In this document: piece after piece, positions 1 to 14,100 of the stretch
Numbering within the stretch: position 1 is the stretch's first letter
Layout of the letters: each line of letters begins with the position of its first letter
Assembly: GCA_051362555.1 (NCBI GenBank)
Contig: CM120648.1
Location: 7,808,587 to 7,872,586 of the forward strand
Reading direction: 5' to 3'
Source of the DNA: Lingula anatina
Taxonomy: Eukaryota > Animalia > Brachiopoda
Length of the DNA: 64,000 nucleotides
Translations under genes and position numbers: made by a program
Notes under the pieces: model-generated
Seen by the model: only the letters and a program-made list of their open reading frames with translations
Database searches by the model: none
Told to the model about the DNA's origin: nothing

Positions 1-30
1 GTAACTGGGTCAACTAGCCCCGGTCTCCCC
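1..30. mobile_element. Right end of a pogo/Tc1-mariner-type MITE inserted at TA in the intron of ligand A
   Basis: Ends CCCCGGTCTCCCC|TA. Homology with paralog B begins at this TA, and paralog B has the empty site (ccgaTAcaacc, about 51229). Confidence 0.5.
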
Positions 31-1809
31 TACAACCACACACAACTGACCCTGTTACATGTATATATATTCCGTTATTCCAGGTCTCCAAGCTAATGTC
101 ACTGATTTACCTAATCACATCCCTTTAACATTGGCACGCTTGAGAGGCGGGAGAGACAATAACAGTAAGTGTTGTTTTAAATAAGTTTGACAATAAAGGG
201 TGTAAATTTTATACCAAAGGCTTCATACTGTAAGATGTAACATTATTCTTCTCTTTAATTCTGTACATTTGTTTCTCCTTAATGCAACATGTACATAGGG
301 TTGTCATTTTTAATAAATTCTAAAGGAGACGCTAAATATTTGGATTATTTCAAAGAATCAAAAGCTTGAGAAGTGCAAATGAACAGAAAATGGGAGGAGG
401 GCTTTGCCAGAAAAGACAAAAATATGTGAAAGGTGGTTAGCTTTAGAGACAAGCGCGTTGACCCGTTTTTTTATAAGGAAACAGTAAATCTAATGGTATG
501 TGCTCCTTTAGGAACAGCACTTGTTTTCAAGAGGGCTCATAAGCCATAAAAAAGGCTTGCAATACAAACTACTAAATCATGGACAGTATTTATGAGAAGA
601 TTCAAGTAAACTTCGTCTTCAATGCAATAAATTTGTAATGTAAAAATGATCCAAATCATTTACTAGCGAAAGAATATGATATAAGAAACGCCAACGGAAG
701 TATTGGCTATGCACCCTTATTAATAAGCTTCAGATGCAGTTACATGTAGAGTCAATTTCAAAGACATGCTATTGTCTTGTTATATATTTAAGTTTTATGT
801 TTTAGTTCTAACGTGGGATGACGGTAATGATAAAATCCTTCGTGGGGATGTCAAGTATAACAAATCCGAAAAGTGCCTAAGAGTGGAGCGAGAGGGGCAC
901 TTTCTCGTGTACAGCCAGCTCTGTGTGAGCGTTCCCAGTACTACTACTAGTTCAGCTGTGCATTTTACTCAAGCAATCCAGATAAGAATTCCATCCGGCT
1001 GGCACAGTGTGCTTTATAAGGAACTTAGTGTGCAGCGAGGCCATATTGATTGCATATATGTGTCAGGAATAGTGCACCTCGTCAAAGACGACTGCGTCAA
1101 AGTTGATTTTTCAGATGAAGAGTTAATCAGTAGCAACCAGGAGTACAATTCGTTTGGTTTGTACATGCTGGCATGAACCAGTCGTTCTCAATGCCTGTGA
1201 GGCCTTTATTTTTATTAGTAACGATGTTAATACAGTAAGTGACATTTCCGGGGACTTCACTGTGTTTCATTGTCAGTAAATGAGAAAATCAATGACTTCT
1301 TAAAACACATGCATTGTGCTTGTTCCCCAGTATGACAGTTAAAGAAAGACGACTATTTAATAAATGCCCATGTTTTTAGCTAATATTTTAATATTTAAAA
1401 ATTTTACGAATCCATATAGACCCAGAGATTCAAACAAAATTCATTATGCCCCCATGTAGAAATATGTCTCATATTGGTTAGGTATAGCATCTTATTGTAT
1501 ATAGTATACATGTTCTGTGTTTTACTGTCTTCCAATACAAATGTATTAGCATTCGCTAATATTGCGTGACCTCAGGCCACTGATTGGTCAGTAACCTTAG
1601 CTTGTTCAAGAATTGTTTTTCATAAAAACGGTATATTGCTACCATGCAGTACAAATTGCCTTGCTTTAAATTAATCGTCAGTACATTGAAAATATTTTAA
1701 TTGTTAAAATCCATTTTCTGTTTTATTTTTTATGTTTTTCCATTGATAAAAAGGAGATGTGCATTGCCAATGACATGTACTATGCTGTATCAATAAAACG
1801 TAGATTATT
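31..1809 (+). repeat. Segmental duplicate of 51229-53130 (ligand exons, intron and 3'UTR)
   Basis: Colinear high similarity by eye through the intron and 3'UTR. Similarity ends just after atcAATAAAacg(t/c)agattatt in both copies. Confidence 0.95.
84..1176 (+). CDS. TNF superfamily ligand, paralog A (last two exons only; 5' part lies left of the window)
   Basis: Exons 84-164 (cag|GT...AAC A|gtaagt; GLQANVTDLPNHIPLTLARLRGGRDNN) and 806-1176 (ttttag|TT CTA ACG TGG...TGA), both phase 1. TNF homology domain motifs: LARL strand A, LTW, LRVEREGHFLVYSQL, IYVSGIVHL, NSFGLYML. AATAAA near 1793. Confidence 0.92.
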
Positions 1810-1893
1810 TAGCAAGTCTGAGAGTTGTCTTTTCGTCGTATTTAGGTGGTCAATCGGTATAATGAAACAGATAAATAAAGCAAAGAATATATA

Positions 1894-1930
1894 CTACACT
1901 ACACTACACTACACTACACTACACTACACT
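1894..1930 (+). repeat. (ACACT)n microsatellite
   Basis: About 7 tandem actac units. Confidence 0.9.
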
Positions 1931-1998
1931 TTACTAGAAATAGAATAATCTTTGATGAAGGTAAAGATAATTTCATTTAAAATAAATACTACTATAAA

Positions 1999-2093
1999 GA
2001 TGTGGACGAGTGTCAAATTGAAAATGGCGGCTGACCCATTACTGCACCAATTCCTAGGGTTCCTATCCTTGCTCCTGTCGCCCCGGACTCTGA
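1999..2093 (+). pseudogene. Orphan calcium-binding EGF-domain pseudo-exon
   Basis: aag|AT GTG GAC GAG TGT... reads DVDECQIENGG(C, 1-nt deletion)THYCTNS*GSYPCSCRPGL*. This is the cbEGF consensus with a frameshift and stops. Confidence 0.8.
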
Positions 2094-4132
2094 CTGTCAT
2101 AATTGCCTTGCTAACTGCTTTCTATACTTAACGATTTCCAAGTGTTTTCGACTCATCATGTTTTTCCTACTAGAAAATGTTACCTTAGATCTCGGCATCT
2201 CTAGGACACTTTGGAGCAGGTAAAACTGCTCCATGTTTCACACTGTTTTTATTTCATCTTTAAAGTGAATTTATATCTGTGCTGTTGATGATAGCTGCGA
2301 CATAACTAAACATTTAATTAAAGCTCGTTTTCTTTTTTTTCATTTTCTACATTCGAGCTTAACCCAACAATTTACTTTTTCAGAGTATATGTCCAAAAAC
2401 ACGACTAAAACGTAAGTATCACAAACAAAAACGTATATAAATTCTGGTGAAATTTGTTCAGATATGACGTGCTTATGATCTTGAAAGTGCCAAAAATTTC
2501 AACAAAATATTCGGGAAAAATCTAGGTCCTGATTTTAGCTTTAAAGAAGGACATTTTATCACCATAAATTTCTTTATGATAAATTTATGATAAATTCCAT
2601 TCCCATTTGCCAATGTCGCCTGCGCGCTGAACCACCCCACACCAGCCTCGGCACACATCTGTACGATGTCACCACACTCATTTACGGATAAACACAACTC
2701 TGGGCCTCAGACGACGGCGGTCAGTCCGTCTATTCTGTTCTGATTAGATTCCCCAATTTCTATGCAACCCATAAGAGGCAGACGGCAGGATATCCGGCGG
2801 CTGCGAGTGACGTCGATTGCGTAAAAGTGTTCCAGAACTGCCCACGTGATTGCGTGCGCATGACTCGCCTAATTATTGGTAAAGAGAAACTGGGAATGAA
2901 AGTGACCGGTGAAGTGTTTGGGAGATTGACAAATACAACGTTGGGCCAGAACATGTGTGACAAGCTTCGTCGGGAAATCGATTCGCCAGGACGAACACTC
3001 GCTATCACTTACGATCCCCATGCCTGTGGCAACGAGGTTGTGACGTATCCGTTGTCACAGAGACTGTGCTGCACCATGGTGCCGTCTCCCGTGGGCCATC
3101 TCCTGGCTTGGAACGCCATGTGTGAGGACGGGGACACATTTTCCATAGGAAATATTATTGGCTAAAACATAATACAGCGGCTCATTAACACGCTCATTTA
3201 GAAGAAATGTACGATTTTAGGTCATGGTTTTGTACTTTCCAGACATTGAATCATTTTTCTTTACGGTATACATACGTTTATATCAAATTGAACCCAACAG
3301 TTAAAATCGATGTAAAAAAATGTGTCTACTGGAATAAAATGAAACAAAACATACACGGGTAGTTTTATTTATTATTTTATTTTATTTATCTCTATGCAAT
3401 TAGATAGTGGTACGTATAGTCCTTATACACTAGTACATGTACATGTATATGCCAAAAATTTTATGTCATTCATATCACGCCCTCCCTAAAAGTTTGCTGC
3501 AATTAGATTTAAGCGAAATACAAAAATTACAAAAACAAAAATGCGATCAATTGCCGAACAGAAGTTCCAAATAAGATAAAAATACTAAATACTTAACAGC
3601 GAAAAATTAAAGGCGAACAAACAAACACCTCGATCATAATCCTTAACTACGAAAATGGCATGATTCAGAACAAGTGTAAGAAAGTACTCAAAGTGACAGA
3701 GGACACTACATGATATCTCTATTTACACTCAAGCTAAAATGGACGAGCAGTTTACAAAACGATTCAGCTTGGGGATTTGCAGTTTCGGTCATTGCTACTC
3801 CGTAGACACGTAAAAATACATGTTATGATGATACATGTTATGACGTATATGCTAGTACAAACACGCTTCTATACTACAAAACCGCCATTTTCCGTCCATG
3901 TGTCCTACACATCACAGCATTATTGTCCTCATCAACTACTTCATTTTTGCCGAGAGAAAAGAGACAAAAATCAACCCTGCACCCCCGGCAAAGTCCTGAC
4001 TCCGCCAGTCCAAAACTTACATGTTAGAAATTCGTCTGTCTTCTAAAAATCATAAATTGAAAAAATCGGTTTGCTTATTACGTGTATATTCATTTGTACT
4101 CTTGATAATCCAACACTTTAAAAACGTTCGTA

Positions 4133-4306
4133 GGCCGCGTTCGCAACGGCAGACTCACTAGTATACATGTATGCGTATAAAAGTTTGACGTTAAATCTCC
4201 CAATAAATACTGAACAGATTACCCCCAGGGACTTCGCAACAAGGATTCGAGGAGGTCGGCCAAATTTGATCCGCAGACTAGTTAGTCCGCTGTTGTGAAT
4301 GCAGCC
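4133..4306. mobile_element. Harbinger-like MITE (related copy 41565-41763)
   Basis: TIRs GGCCGCGTTCGCAAC / GTTGTGAATGCAGCC, flanked by TA. Internal ttgatccgcagacta is shared with the 41.6 kb copy. Confidence 0.55.
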
Positions 4307-5189
4307 TATGATGGTTTTAACGTCTAGTGTCACTATATCATCTATAAAAGAATGCTGAAAAATAACCATACTTCAAAGAAAAAAACAGTGCATTACATAT
4401 TTTCTTTAGATTTAACCCCATCCTGCTACAATCTCATTATTTTATGGCTCAGAACATTCTTCGAACAAAACCGTTCTTTATTTACATAAAGATGGAGAAA
4501 AATACCTTTCTTTGTTTGCATAAAGATAATTTTTTTGACTGTCCAGGCAAACATTAGGAATGCAATAGGTTTACACTTTTGCCAGTGGATTATTTCACTG
4601 AAATATTTGACTTTATATAATAATAACAGATAATACAGAATAAAAAGAAAAAAACTGACAAAATTTGAATCAAAATAAAATATGGTTCGGCATACTGCCC
4701 AGTGCCTGTAAATAAAACGTATCAATCAATGAGACTCATGTATAATACCAAAAAGCAATTGCTTTGTCTCATATACGAATTTTACACATGTATCTATGTT
4801 AAGACGTTTCTCGAATTGAATGATTATTCCCAATCTAAATAAATGGTCTACAGATATCATTTACAGAATATGCGATTATAGTGTAGAATATACATCGTGC
4901 GTTGTTTGTAGTATAGTAGTGTTTTGTGTGTTATACTGCTAATTCAAAAAAATATCCACTAGATAAATTATTTTCTAAAATAACAGGGATGTCATACAAT
5001 GTAAGTAGCCTTTTACTCAATAACACCATGTTCTAAAAATACAAATACAAAGATTCACTTAAAATCTGCAATATTATCAATTATAATCACAATCTTATCC
5101 AGTCATCTATAATTTTTCTCTGGTCCTGCAGGATCGTTACAAGGATAGTCCGTGGTAACTGCATGATTAAACATAGTGGTCGACTGGTT

Positions 5190-8100
5190 TTATGAATCAT
5201 TGCTGGCCCTTCCTGTGAAAACGGGTACATATTTACAAAGTACAGTATATGCTCACCAGTTTCTGCGTGCATTTTAATCTTGTTAAATTAGGAAAAAAAG
5301 GGACATCTGCAAAGCACTTTTCAACCAAAGAAAAATGTGACTACGTATTTGGCATTGCATCTGTATTTTGTTAATTTGTTTTGTTATGAACCATGATCCT
5401 TTGCGTTCAGAGGAAATCAAGTGACTTACCTTTTAATTGATCAACAAGGTCCTGATAACCTGCTTGTGATAAGCACGTATGAAACAACTGACGCGTAAGA
5501 GGGTCCCTTTTGTCCTTTATAACGTTCTGTAGTGCTTTAATTGCAGTGCTTCTGATTTTTTTCCGGAAAGGCACATGTCTTACTAACGGGAACTTATCAG
5601 GTTCTCGTTCCTCGATCTCCGTCAAATCTCTCAGTATATCGCCTTGAGGATTTAAAAATGAAAACACTGATAGAACATGTTAGCACTAGTACAAGACTGA
5701 TATTTACAGACTAATTCTGCTCAATGCTAGCATGGATACTACATGTTAATACATTTTTGTTTATGGGAACTAAATAGATTTTTCCAGTTAATGATATTAT
5801 TGCCTATTTTAAACATTCGTTTTCAATTCATAATTATAATGCAAATGTAACGTATTCAGTCCAAAGCACTTTCACATATACAGGGTTAATACTTAATATG
5901 GATTATTTTTATCATGGTTATTTTTGAGTGCTGATTAAATATTTTTTGGCTTGATTCATAAAAAAAGTATGTCACTAAGTGATAAAAACATCCAGTTTTC
6001 TGTTGTGAGATATTTTGGTCCCCAAACAGAGACGTTACCACCCCCCTGCTTCCACCCTAGGCAGTACACAATCATCGTTTTATGCCTCTCGTACACGTCG
6101 GCAGACACGGAATCGACCGTCCACCCCAAAAATTCCATATCTGACCTCATCACTGAAAACGAAGTGATTCCAGTGTTTTGGCTGCAAACGCACGTGGTCC
6201 CCAGCCCATTGCAAACGTCGCTGTATATGACCTGCTGTTAACAGTGGTTTCCGTACTGGTCTTCGTGAAAAATAACCGGTTTGCAGTAATCTCTTGTTCA
6301 CGAGGGACCTTGAAACGGGCTTTTCTGAGCTGGTTGTCTTTGTACGACCAGCACGGATCACTCTAAGGAGAAGGCGATCCTGTCTTCTTGGTGTGACACG
6401 CGGACACTATGGTGGAAGTGTTGGAGTAGGTGCCCCTGTTGTAGCATTTCTTTGGAGGACTTTACTAACGGTTCCTGAAAAATGTGGAATTGTCTGGCAA
6501 TGGCTGTCGGTTTCTGGTCATTTCCTCTGAGAGCAAGAATCCCACAGTAAGCTGCGTTGCTTAGCTGTCGAACCACATCTTCTCTAAGGTATCTGTCAAG
6601 TTTCAGAGCGATCCCTTTGTTGCTTCTCTAAATACACTCCAAAGATTGACCAAACCCATGCGTTTTTATACAAGGGCAGAAATTGCCAAAAAGACAACCC
6701 CTCACATTTCTGACCAAAGAACATGCAACTGCATGCATTAATTGTTTCGAGAGCTGTGTAGTAATTAGGTAACACACCTGGCTACACATGGAGTGACACC
6801 TCAGTTTTGGATTTAAAAAAAGTAAGAGAAAAATTAATTATTTTGTAGAAAATTTAATTGCCAAAAATAATAATCCATATTAAGTAGTAACCCTGTATAT
6901 ATTTCATCCGCACAGTAGGTCGCACTTAACAGATGTTTCAGCAATAACAAAATGTGCATTAGACAGATAGTTTGAACATACAATAAACATCAGTTTAAAA
7001 GATATGATATGAGAACGCCCCTATGAACATAAGGTGAATGTAAAAAACTAGTTTAGCCGGTCGCACTTCTCTTACCTTTTCCATCCGCTTGTACTAGTCT
7101 AAGATCAACTGAAACAAAACATCACATGGATACATACACAAAGCTTTGAATATGTGAAATAAGTTAGTGGTGCTGCATGGTTATTTTTTTCTGGATTTCT
7201 GTAAACCATCCCCAAACAAAACTGTAAGTCTCTTTTATATATTTTTAAACATATAAGTAAAACATCGTTTAACTAACACATTATTACCCGTACAGTATTA
7301 TCTACCATTACTATTTAGTTCTTTACTATAATGATGCCTTATACTGAAACATTATACATGTAGCAGCACTTATCAGGTGTTTCAGCAATGACAGAATGTG
7401 CAAGAAACAGTTCTTAAGTATAAAAACAACGTAATTAGAACGTCCCTATAAACAAAAAAAGGTAATTTTACTAGAACACTTATTCATTATATAAAGAATA
7501 ATAATTACCAACTAGAGAAATGGCAATGCATCAATTGTATTGTATCGTCATTAGTATATCATATTGTACAAGGTCATGACAATCTATGTACCAGTACAGA
7601 AATAAATTGAATATAAACAACAAGTGGACATTAGAACTAGTTCAGCCAGTCGCACTTCCCTCACCTCCCCCTGACACCTGTTGGTTTTTTCCATTCAGAT
7701 CTGAAACAAACAGTACTGACATTTATAAGGAAATATATAAAATATCTGAAAAGAACAAATCATGAATAACGAAGAATGGAAGTACTCATACGTAAATGTA
7801 GATGAATGCACCCCTTATCTAATTTAGACAATGACTAATGAAAAAGTAACATATATTTTGATGGACTGATAGAAAAGAAAATGTTGACATTTTATAAAGG
7901 TAAACGCATTTTTAAAAACCTCCGGGTAAGAAACCTCCTTTACCGAGGCGTGCAGTCCCAAACACTAGAGATTTGGACTTAAAGTGCAATCTAAAATCAG
8001 TATTGAACTGACGCGGTCTTAAAGATTAAGTAAGCAGTCTTTGTTTTCCCTAAAGACTAAAAAGGAACAAAAATTTCAGAGAGTAAAGCTATTAATCCTG

Positions 8101-11100
8101 ACATGTCTTATCTAAAAATAAATGTTTTTCATTGCTTTTGAAGCTATATTTCTAAGCTCTAATATCAAAACATTAACAGTATGCTTCACTTGCACATCTA
8201 AGTCTTTGCTTGTTTTAGGAGTTGTCTGAGATAGTTCTGGTCTTAAAGACGCACCAGTGAAAGTAGCATGGAGAAATTTAAGATGAATAAAAAAGTAAAA
8301 GAGGAAATCTCTCTCCCCCTCTCTCACTCTCTCTCTCTCTCTTTCAAAGACACTCGCGCATGATACGTTACTTACTGTCATTAAAGATTCTTGTATAAGT
8401 ATTGTTTAGCCATAGTTTTATATCTTCTTGCGTCAAAAATTTTTTCTCCATAAATGTGGTCACCAATTTCCAGTCAAAAGCAGACTGTGCCAACCATCTG
8501 ATGTCTTCCAACGGATCGTCTGAAACAATTTTAATCAGAATGTATTTGCAACTTACTTATTTAATATAGACACTGCATTGCACTATAAACTGAAAAGGTA
8601 TTTTATCCGTTCAAAGAAATATATGATCAAAATTAAGAGCTGGAAATAAAATGAATCTTATTTATAGAATGATGTATAGATATCTGAACTCTCTTTCTAC
8701 CGATACAATCTATACTCCCTTAACAAAATTTAGTGTGACTCCTATCATATTTATGTACATTGTTTCAAAGGTACCCTTACATTTAATATTACTATTGCAT
8801 AGCAACTAGGCAACCGATCATGGCTTATATTGGGGATGTGAACTTTAAAACATTAACCTACCTAGAATGACTATTGAAGAACACCAACATCAAGTATTTA
8901 CAGTATAATATGCGGCTCCTAAGCTAGTGGGATACATATTTCACCAAGCGGTTGACATGGAGGGGGGGGCACCGAATCCCCAGAAAGTCGGGTTGTTTCA
9001 TGCGACCCATACAGATGGTTAGACAACATTATAACCAAACAGGCACATAGGCGGGCTACCTGGGAAAGGCAGGCTACCTGGGAAAGGAATACCATAGGAA
9101 AACACACAGAGAGAAGAAATGGTGTCAATATGCTTCCTTAGGATCTTGACTGCAACACCAGGAACTGTCTACGTTGTATTGGGATTCTGGCAAGGACACC
9201 AGCTAACAACTGTGCAATGATACTGTTCTCAGATGAAAGCAGGTTAAACGTTGTGAGGAGTGATGGACGCGTAGGTGTCTGGAGAAGAGATGCTTTGAAG
9301 TAACTTCCAAATGTTTTGCCTCTGTTCAGCAGGATCAACCCCCATAAATCACGGTATGGGGTGTAGTGGCTACTGTGGTGTAGGCGAGCGGGATGTGATC
9401 AAGAAATCCCAAAGAAAGGCAATAAAACCAAGCACTGGAGAGGAACTTGCAGAATTTTGTATACAATGTTTTGGGGACCATGACCATTCATTTATGTCTC
9501 AGCTTGATAATGCTTGTCCACGTTCAGCTAATGCAACAGTAAGCTGGTTATATGCATGGGCATTATGAGAGAAATGTCCATGTTATATGCTAACCAGTTC
9601 CAGATCCCTAAATGACGAGCTCAATATCTAGATCAGAACCTCATTCAGGATGTGTAGAATTTCACAGAAAATGGGTTACTTAGGATATATCCTGCAAAAA
9701 AAATTCCCCACCCTACCTTGTGCCGTATAAAGAACGCCAACACTCCGCAAACGCTACAGACCTTTGACTCTATACACAGGCTTGTCAAGTTCATTCTCTA
9801 ATCTAGAGAGTACTGTGCAAAATCTTTAAAAGTATCTTTGGCTTTTTACTATGTTTACATTGTTCAATGATTGTACAATCAATTAAATTTTATAAAAAAA
9901 AAACTGAACAAAAACATTGGCTTAGAGCACGATTCTCTTTACTGTATTTAACACATTGCATTATATCTGAGACTTTTTTAGTTAGGGGAGTATACAGTGA
10001 AACAGACATAAACAACTTAAATTTCAGTACCAAAGAAACAGAATGGGCGAGCTACCAGTTTCACAACGACAACAGTGAAGTTTCTACACCCAACTGAATG
10101 CCTACTCATATGTTGAAAGGTCTTACATTGCATAAAAATATTTACTAGGATATGAAGACCAATAGCAGTGTTTTGAGCAATTTAATGAGAGTGGCCAACA
10201 TTGTGACATACTGCCATCGGATGCATAGGAAATGCTGTCCATTATACATTTCGCCTACATGTTAAAGCCCCCGTCACACTTATTCGGAATCAACAGGAAT
10301 CCATCGGGACCAGTTGGAATGACTCAATTAAAAATTTGTACTACGTTCGCGAAGAAATTTCTAATTGGCCTAAATTGTAATTGTAATTGTGAGGATGCCT
10401 TTGGAATACTCAGAATGCTCTTGAATCCGCTTGGAATGATTCGTGCACATTTCGGCTGTATTGGCTCTCAAATACAGCCCTATAGGTGGAAAACTAGGAA
10501 TATCTATAGTGCTGTCAGAATGCAGTCAGAATATTTAGAATTCACTTCGAATGCCGTACGAGTGTAGTTCGATTGCTGGCTGAAATAGGATTGAGATGCA
10601 TTCGAGTTGCGTTTTGGCTCATCTGTCTCTAGCAGGATTTGAAGTGTATTGCCATTTTGGTTCTCCCTCAAATGTGATCAGAATGTTTCGAATGCTGTCG
10701 GAATGCCGTGAGAATGTTTAGAATGCAGGCATAGTGCAATTAAAATACTATTCACATGCCATTCGATAATTTTCCACTTTGAATGCACTTCGAAAGACTT
10801 TAACATGAGCAAAACATTCGGGCCGGCCACAAGAATGGATAGAAATATTTGGAATGCACTTGGAATTCTTAGAATGCTCTTCGAATATCCAGGAACGCAC
10901 AAAGAACTGTCTTTTCAACGGCATTCTTGCTCATTCCGCCTCTAGTGTGGAGGAGGTACAGGTATAACAAATGAACTGTATTTGTTAAGAAAAAAAAACG
11001 AAGAGGCTAACTGTCATTCATCAAACTAACATTAAAAAGGCAGGCATTCAAATGTTTTTTAAGTTGGCTTGGGCAACTGGTAAGGGCATGGAACTTCACT

Positions 11101-14100
11101 GGAAAAGGTTTGTATTAACATAACTAAAATTATAAGAAAATAACTAGTATGTCTCTAGAAAATATGTTGTCTATTCCTTGCAGAATTTTTCGTAGCCGTC
11201 TTTTTAATAGATATGGTAAATACAAACCTTGTGCGTTTTCATGCCGGTCATTGCCTAAAAGAAAGAGTAAAATCGTGAACATTTTATTGAACATTTATTG
11301 AAGGGAAAACAAACCATCCAACAGTGTGCATAACGTGGAGCGGTGAAATATGAACAATATGGCCTTGCCTTCTCACTACCTCATATGCAATGATTTGCAC
11401 GTGGAAATACGTATTGTTGTTTAAATTAATAAACAAAATTAATATGCAAATTTCTGTACATTCCGACATCCAGTTTAGATTGTTGCAATTTCCCAATTCT
11501 GAAGCACAACACAAATTCTTTACATTTTCTATATTTAGAAGGCACATGAATGAATGATATAGATTTGTACAACAACGCAATATGCCGGTAATACATCCTT
11601 AATCTGTGGAACCTTAATCTGTGGTTTATTATACCATCGAATGCTGGATGTGGTGTCGATAGAGTAACTTACTTAGTAATCTGCTAGCTAAGTCACCATA
11701 CGCGGAATTGGTCAAACAATCTAAAAGGGTCGTACGGTTAGGTTTGTCAGATTTGCTCCTTAAAATTTCCTTTAATACATCAATAGCAGTACGTCTAATG
11801 ATATACAGCTCATCCGGTTTCGCAATGCAGTCCATAGTTTTTCCCAATGGAAACCGTCCAGGTATTCCCTTGCTTGCTTCCAGATCATTGATCAACTCTG
11901 AATATATTTTGAAATACAAACATAAATAGGACATGTTGACATTTTTTTCAGCTATGTGGAAATGTGAATTTTGATATAGCAACTTATATAATCAACACGA
12001 CGTATTTACATATTTAAAGTTCACTATTAAGTTATTAGTGAAGACTAATGGTACTTATTCAGTTGAACGTACTGAACCCACCTTCTGTTTGGGCGTCTGC
12101 TTCCAGTAAATTCCGCTGATCTGAAATTAAAGAGAATGTAACATTTAGTAGTTTAAAGTACTTATCTTTTATCAGCCGTGTCTAGAACACAATTTATTAT
12201 TTTATAAAATGTTTTATAGAGGTTAAACACATAATTAAGTCGGGTGACCAAGGTTCGTTAGTATCGTGTGAAAGCTCATTTAGTCAGGAGTCAGATTAGG
12301 CCACACTTTTTTAGTTTTATGGATGACATCCTGCGCGCCCACCGATTTTCGTCCGTTCTCCGAAAAAAAACACCCCCAATGAAGTCGGTTGTCGCAAACG
12401 TCGTTATTGAATTTGCCGGTAAATAACCTTTTTGCTCATGCGTATTATCGCCACGTGGGAATATGGCCGCTTTGCCGTCAAATTCATCTCTAGGATTACT
12501 TTCAAATTACACGACAATTAAAGTTCTAAAGAGAACGGGGCCGTGGTTTTGGATTGATATGCCATTGAAATTGGGCATGGAGATATCACCTCTTTACAAC
12601 CATACGAAAGGCTGACGGCGGCCAGTGATTATCGCCCGGGAAATTTCAGTGACATTCTGTCCAAAGCAGCACATACCAGGCTTTTTTTCTTGTAGTTAAA
12701 AAAAGGGTCGACAGGGGCGTCGAGGTATTTGGTGGTCTGAAAGTTGGACAGGCCACCCGACAGTTTGGCTGCTTCGCGTGAATCGAAGTAGACAAAATGG
12801 CATCGGCCAAATTGAACTTTAATAGATTTGGTAGTATTAAGCATAGGCCCCCTATATATATATATATCTTTGCATAATTTTTTTACATTTCTGTGAAGTG
12901 TTCATAAGGCTTTAATATGCTGAGAGTACAAATTAGGACACACTGTTTGTTTGATATGTGTTTTATTGGTTGCTATGCCAACAAAATGCATGAAATAACC
13001 TTAAATAGATTTGGTAATATGCAGCATATCTAATCGTGGTTTTTTTACCTTTCTACGAAGCATTCACATTTCTTTAATATTTTGAGAGCATGGATTAAGA
13101 CATATTGTTAGTTTGACACGTGTTACTGTGGTCATTATGTGTTTCCAGCTGTGTACTGACAGTATACTAGTATACCTTTACTAAAGCAGTATTTTTGGAC
13201 TGTTTTTTATTCGCCCTCTCGCACCAATTTCGGGGTCCCCATAGGATGTCATCCATAAAAATAAAAAAGTGTGGCCTTATGTTTGTAGAAGTTTCAAACC
13301 AGTAGCTTTCACTATCATGTAAATGGTCATTATATAACACCAAGCAGCTTTACAAATGGGTTTTAAAATGGGGGTAGGAAAAAACATCCGCATTATGATA
13401 ATTAAATAAGATAAATCAATGAATAACATTTCAGTATCTAGCTGAATGATTGCTTGCTTTATATTCAGTAATACAATTATGCACCAATCAATCGCATATA
13501 ATCAAATATGGACAGATGTCATCTGAGGTCAAATTTGAGGCATTTGTAGGGCCAATACACCAATAGAGATTATTTTTAAAAAGAAAATGTAAATCAATAA
13601 TTATATACATAAATAGGACATGCTGACATTTTTTAGCTACTTGAAAATGTGAATTTTGATATAGCAACTTGTATAATCAACACGAAGTACATACATATTT
13701 AAAGTTCACTATTAAGTCATAAGTGAAGACAAATAGTACTAATTCTGTTGAACTTTATGCACCCACCTTCTGCTTGGCGGTTTGCTTCCGGTAAATCCAG
13801 TTGAACTGAAATAAAAGAGAATGTTACATTTAGTATTTTAAAGTACTTAACTTTTATCAGTTGTGTCTAGAACATAATGAAATGTTTTTTTCACAGATTG
13901 AACACATAATTAAGTTGGATGACCAAGGTTCATTGACATCATGTGAAAGCTAATTTACATGTAGTTACAAGCCTGAATATGTATGTACTACTTGCAAACC
14001 AGTAGCTTTCACTATGTAAAGGGTCATTATATAACACCAAGTGGCTTTAAATGCATTTTAAAAATAGGGGTAGGAAAAAACATCCGCATTGTGAGAATTA

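Noticed and set aside
2827-3165. 112-aa ORF in a GC-richer patch
   Set aside because: GTG start, no recognisable domain and no convincing splice context; probably repeat-derived.
5087-5272. 61-aa minus ORF as the receptor's last exon
   Set aside because: The phase-1 junction from 5430 selects another frame (GRASNDS*, stop at 5190).
8112-8381. 89-aa minus ORF
   Set aside because: Intron read-through past the donor at 8375, including a GA microsatellite.
12629-12844. ORF with a homolog at 43193-43435
   Set aside because: Both lie inside two copies of the same non-autonomous element; no domain.
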